Origin: Alphaproteobacteria bacterium
Lineage (GTDB): Bacteria > Pseudomonadota > Alphaproteobacteria > Rs-D84
Direction of reading: 5' to 3'
Length of the DNA: 48,898 nucleotides
Assembly (NCBI GenBank): GCA_017960855.1
Contig: JAGCYJ010000009.1
Coordinates: forward strand, 1 to 48,898
Below, piece by piece: positions 45,689 to 48,898 of this stretch. How positions within the stretch are numbered: the stretch's first letter is position 1; each line of letters begins with the position of its first letter. The translations under genes were made by a program, and so were the position numbers. The notes under the pieces are model-generated. The model was not told where the DNA came from. It was given only the letters and a program-made list of their open reading frames with translations, and ran no database searches.

Positions 45689-48600
45689 ATGTTAAAGTTC
45701 TTTGTTCGTCGTCCGATTACTACATTGATGTTTGTTCTGGTTTGGGTGTTGCTGGGGTTGGTTGCATACCCGCGTATGAACATTGAACGCACTCCGTCAT
45801 TGGACTTTCCAATGGTGACGGCAACATTTGTGTATCCGGGTGCATCAAGCGACGAAATCGAATCACAGGTTATTAAAAAAGCAGAAGATGCTATTTCCGA
45901 AGTGCCGGGTATCAAACACATTACTTCGCGTATTTTTGAAAATGGCGGATATATCATGACCGAATTTAACTTGGGCGTTGATGCAAATGACAAGGCCGCC
46001 GAAGTTAAGACAAAAATTGATGCGTTGGCATCTGTGTTTCCTGATGATTTGAAACAGCCCGTTGTTGAGAAATTGAATCCATTGCAACAGGCGGTGGTTG
46101 ATATCGTTCTGCGTGGGCCATCTGCAACTGAAATCGACCAATACATAGATGATGTGTTGGCGAATAAAATTACTGCGATTGATGGTGTGGCCAAGGTGAC
46201 GACATTTGGTGGTCGCGAACGCGCAATTCGTGTTGCGATGGATCCAGATTTAATGGCGGCGCGTGGGGTCACGATTATGGATGTTATAACGGCACTGGGG
46301 AATAAAAACTTGAATGTGCCGGGTGGTAAAATTGAATACGCGGCATCATCACAAAATGTTCGTTTTATCGGTGAATTCGCATCTGTTGATGAAATTGCAA
46401 ATCTGCCGATTTCAACAAGCGAAGGTATTCGTTTCAAACTGTCTGATGTGGCAAGTATCACCGATGCCGCGCGTGATATTGAAAAGGGTGCACGCTATAA
46501 TGGCACGGACGTTGTGGTCGCATCTGTTGAAAAAGCAAATGACGGTAATGCAATTAAGATATCGCGGGCGTTGCGAAAAAAACTGCCGGAATTAAATGCA
46601 GATTTTGCGGCACATTTTCCAAACGCGGAAACACAAATAGAAATTATTTCTGATTCTTCTACGACTATTTCAGACGATACAGACGACACAATAAATGGTA
46701 TTATTTTGGGTGTTATATTTACGGTTTTGGTTTTGTTGGCATTTACGCGCAACTGGCGTTCAACAGTTATTGCTGGCGTTGTGATTCCTGCGTCATTGGT
46801 TGCGGGCTTTGAATTTATGAGTGCCAGTGGCTTTACAATCAACGCGATTACACTGTTGGCTTATTCGTCGGCACTGGGGACATTGGTGTCAAACGCGATT
46901 ATTTTGATTGAATCTGCATTGCAAGAAATGCGCGCCGGTAAAGACAGCGAAACGGCCGCTATTGATGGAACGAAGCGGGTTGCGGTTTCTGTTTTGGCGG
47001 GTGTCGGAACAAATGTTGTGGTGTTTTTACCGTTGGCGTTTATGGGCGGTATTGTTGGTAAGTTTATGATTCAGTTCGGTTTGACGGTTGTGTATTTAAC
47101 CATGTTGTCGTTGGTGTTCAGTTTTACGCTTACCCCGATGATGATAGCAAAGTTCTTGCGTTTAACAAAAGAGAACAAACAGGAAATCACAAAACAACAA
47201 ACCAAGAAAGATGCAAAAGCATCTTGGTTGCATCGCTGGTTTGAATATCAAATGTTGCATGCGGGGCGTGTTGTTGGTATGGCGTTTTTGGTGTTGTTTG
47301 GATCAGTGCTTTTGACGAATTTTATCGGTAATGAGTTCCAGCCCAGCACAGATGCTAATGAAATTACAATTACTGCGCGTGCGCCAATGGGGGCAACCTA
47401 TGAAAAGTCATTGGATATCACGAACCAGATTGAACAAAGATTGGTTGATATTCGTGAAGTGAAATCGCTGACCGCAAAAATCGGTAACGAAGGATTACAA
47501 AATATCAATATTCGTGTGGAACTTATTGATAAATCTAAACGGTTTAAATCCGACAAGAAATTAGCCCAAGAAATGTTGCCAATGCTGAATGATATTCCAG
47601 ATGCCGAGATTCAGATTCGTGCAGGCGAAGCAATGTCCAGCATATCGTCTGATATCGTTTTGAATATCTATGGTGAAGATGATAGCATTCGTGAAGGTTA
47701 TGCAAAACAGATTATAGCGGAAATAAACAAGATAGAAGAAATACAATCGGCAGTATTGGCACAGCAAACACCAAGCAATGAAGTTCGCTTTATTCCTGAT
47801 GCAGAAAAAATGGATTTTTGGGGTGTAAAGAACTCTTATGCGGGAACGGTGTTGCGTTATGCGCTGTATGGAAATGACACCTATAAGTATAAAGAAAACG
47901 GTAATGAATACCCGATAATTGTTGAATTTGCCAAGACATTTAAAACACAAAACTTGTTTGATGTGGTCTATGCCAATTCGCCAAAGGGTATGGTTGCGTT
48001 GTCGCAACTGGGGACCGCCGAAATTGCGCCGGCAACACCCGATATTCGTCGTCTGGATAAGAACAGATTGACGGAAATTGATATCAATATCGGTAAATCA
48101 ACACTGGGGCCGGTTCAGAAAAAGATAGAATCTGTCTTGCGTAAAATGGATTGGCAAACGGGCTATTCATACAGTTTTGGCGGTATGTCTGAAATCCAAG
48201 ATGACACCACCGGTGAAATAGGTCAGGCGTTCTTGCTGGCGTCTATTTTGACCTTTATGTTGTTGGCGGCGATTTTGAATTCTTTGATTCACCCGCTGAC
48301 CATGGCGACCGCAATTATAACCAGTTTTGCCGGCGTGTTTGTAGTGCTGTTCTTGTCGGGTGCATCTATGAACATTGGTGCCATGTTGGCATTTGTTATG
48401 TTGGTTGGTTTGGTGGTGAATAACAGTATTTTGGTCTTGGAACCAGCAATCAATCGCATACGCAGTGGTGAAAAAGTTGCCGATGCATTGTGGGCAGAAT
48501 TGACCGAACGCAAAAATATGGTGTTGATGACATCTATCGCGGTTGTTGCGGGTATGGCACCACAGTTGTTTGGTGGTGACGGTATGAAGACAGCAATGGC

Positions 48601-48712
48601 GGCGGTTATGATTGGTGGTATGTTGGCTTCTATGGTTTGGACATTTACACTTACCCCGGCACTGTTTGTGGTAATGGAAAATCTGCGTGAAAAAATAAGT
48701 GGAAAAAAATAA
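45689..48712 (+). CDS. RND transporter permease (AcrB/HAE1-like) with degenerate proton-relay motif
   Basis: FFVRRP, P.V.....YPGAS..EIE..V....E, N.NVPGG, VVFLPLAFMGG..GKF, LTPM; 1007 aa. Confidence 0.92.
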   Translation: MLKFFVRRPITTLMFVLVWVLLGLVAYPRMNIERTPSLDFPMVTATFVYPGASSDEIESQVIKKAEDAISEVPGIKHITSRIFENGGYIMTEFNLGVDANDKAAEVKTKIDALASVFPDDLKQPVVEKLNPLQQAVVDIVLRGPSATEIDQYIDDVLANKITAIDGVAKVTTFGGRERAIRVAMDPDLMAARGVTIMDVITALGNKNLNVPGGKIEYAASSQNVRFIGEFASVDEIANLPISTSEGIRFKLSDVASITDAARDIEKGARYNGTDVVVASVEKANDGNAIKISRALRKKLPELNADFAAHFPNAETQIEIISDSSTTISDDTDDTINGIILGVIFTVLVLLAFTRNWRSTVIAGVVIPASLVAGFEFMSASGFTINAITLLAYSSALGTLVSNAIILIESALQEMRAGKDSETAAIDGTKRVAVSVLAGVGTNVVVFLPLAFMGGIVGKFMIQFGLTVVYLTMLSLVFSFTLTPMMIAKFLRLTKENKQEITKQQTKKDAKASWLHRWFEYQMLHAGRVVGMAFLVLFGSVLLTNFIGNEFQPSTDANEITITARAPMGATYEKSLDITNQIEQRLVDIREVKSLTAKIGNEGLQNINIRVELIDKSKRFKSDKKLAQEMLPMLNDIPDAEIQIRAGEAMSSISSDIVLNIYGEDDSIREGYAKQIIAEINKIEEIQSAVLAQQTPSNEVRFIPDAEKMDFWGVKNSYAGTVLRYALYGNDTYKYKENGNEYPIIVEFAKTFKTQNLFDVVYANSPKGMVALSQLGTAEIAPATPDIRRLDKNRLTEIDINIGKSTLGPVQKKIESVLRKMDWQTGYSYSFGGMSEIQDDTTGEIGQAFLLASILTFMLLAAILNSLIHPLTMATAIITSFAGVFVVLFLSGASMNIGAMLAFVMLVGLVVNNSILVLEPAINRIRSGEKVADALWAELTERKNMVLMTSIAVVAGMAPQLFGGDGMKTAMAAVMIGGMLASMVWTFTLTPALFVVMENLREKISGKK

Positions 48713-48713
48713 T

Positions 48714-48898
48714 ATGCCCAAAGAGATAAGATTTTGTGTTCCCAATGGCAAATATTGGTTTTTAAGCCCGTTAGCTAGATTCCCAATAAAAATGAATGTT
48801 GATGGACGCGATTTTATGTTTCCGTCCGCGGAACATTATTACCAGGCGATGAAGTTTTACGCATCGGACCCGCGTTTTAATGTGATTTTGAATATGAA
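48714..48898 (+). CDS. NADAR (YbiA-like) family protein, 5' part (truncated by window edge)
   Basis: Manual translation MPKEIRFCVPNGKYWFLSPLARFPIKMNVDGRDFMFPSAEHYYQAMKF...; FPS.EHYYQA.KF is the NADAR signature. Confidence 0.85.
   Translation, partial: MPKEIRFCVPNGKYWFLSPLARFPIKMNVDGRDFMFPSAEHYYQAMKFYASDPRFNVILNM

Noticed and set aside
1-48898. CRISPR array, prophage, IS, integron or retron
   Set aside because: No regularly spaced direct repeats and no cas, integrase, transposase, terminase or RT motifs in any ORF

Overview
A gene-dense chromosomal window from a bacterium using genetic code 11. The alphaproteobacterial-type housekeeping genes and many Cys-rich secreted orphan proteins suggest a reduced-genome gut Alphaproteobacterium such as Rs-D84/'Ca. 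Enterousia' (inference, not verified). Core genes: rplU (partial), rpmA, dnaQ, uvrD, rpmE, a suhB-like gene, mrcA/PBP1A, mraY-ftsW-murG (no murD), comF, valS, an acyl-ACP thioesterase, rpmH, gyrA, a MerR-type regulator, tRNA-Glu(CTC), tRNA-Gln(TTG), a flavodoxin, a MarR-TolC-MFP-RND operon and a partial NADAR gene. No CRISPR array, integrase, transposase or reverse transcriptase is visible. The most unusual features are: (1) five divergent VirB6/TrbL-like polytopic membrane paralogs around a palindromic divergent promoter, with no other T4SS genes in the window; (2) a ~130-nt structured element after tRNA-Gln built from colinear pieces of that tRNA; (3) an RND system lacking the TM4 Asp-Asp proton relay, whose adaptor lacks the hairpin/lipoyl domains; (4) an apparently chimeric ValRS; (5) two giant Cys-rich modular surface proteins sharing an Arg/Thr/Ser/Ala-rich leader; (6) a SuhB lacking its catalytic residues; (7) orphan paralog pairs with basic C-terminal tails. 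All family assignments come from motif recognition by eye; no database searches were run.
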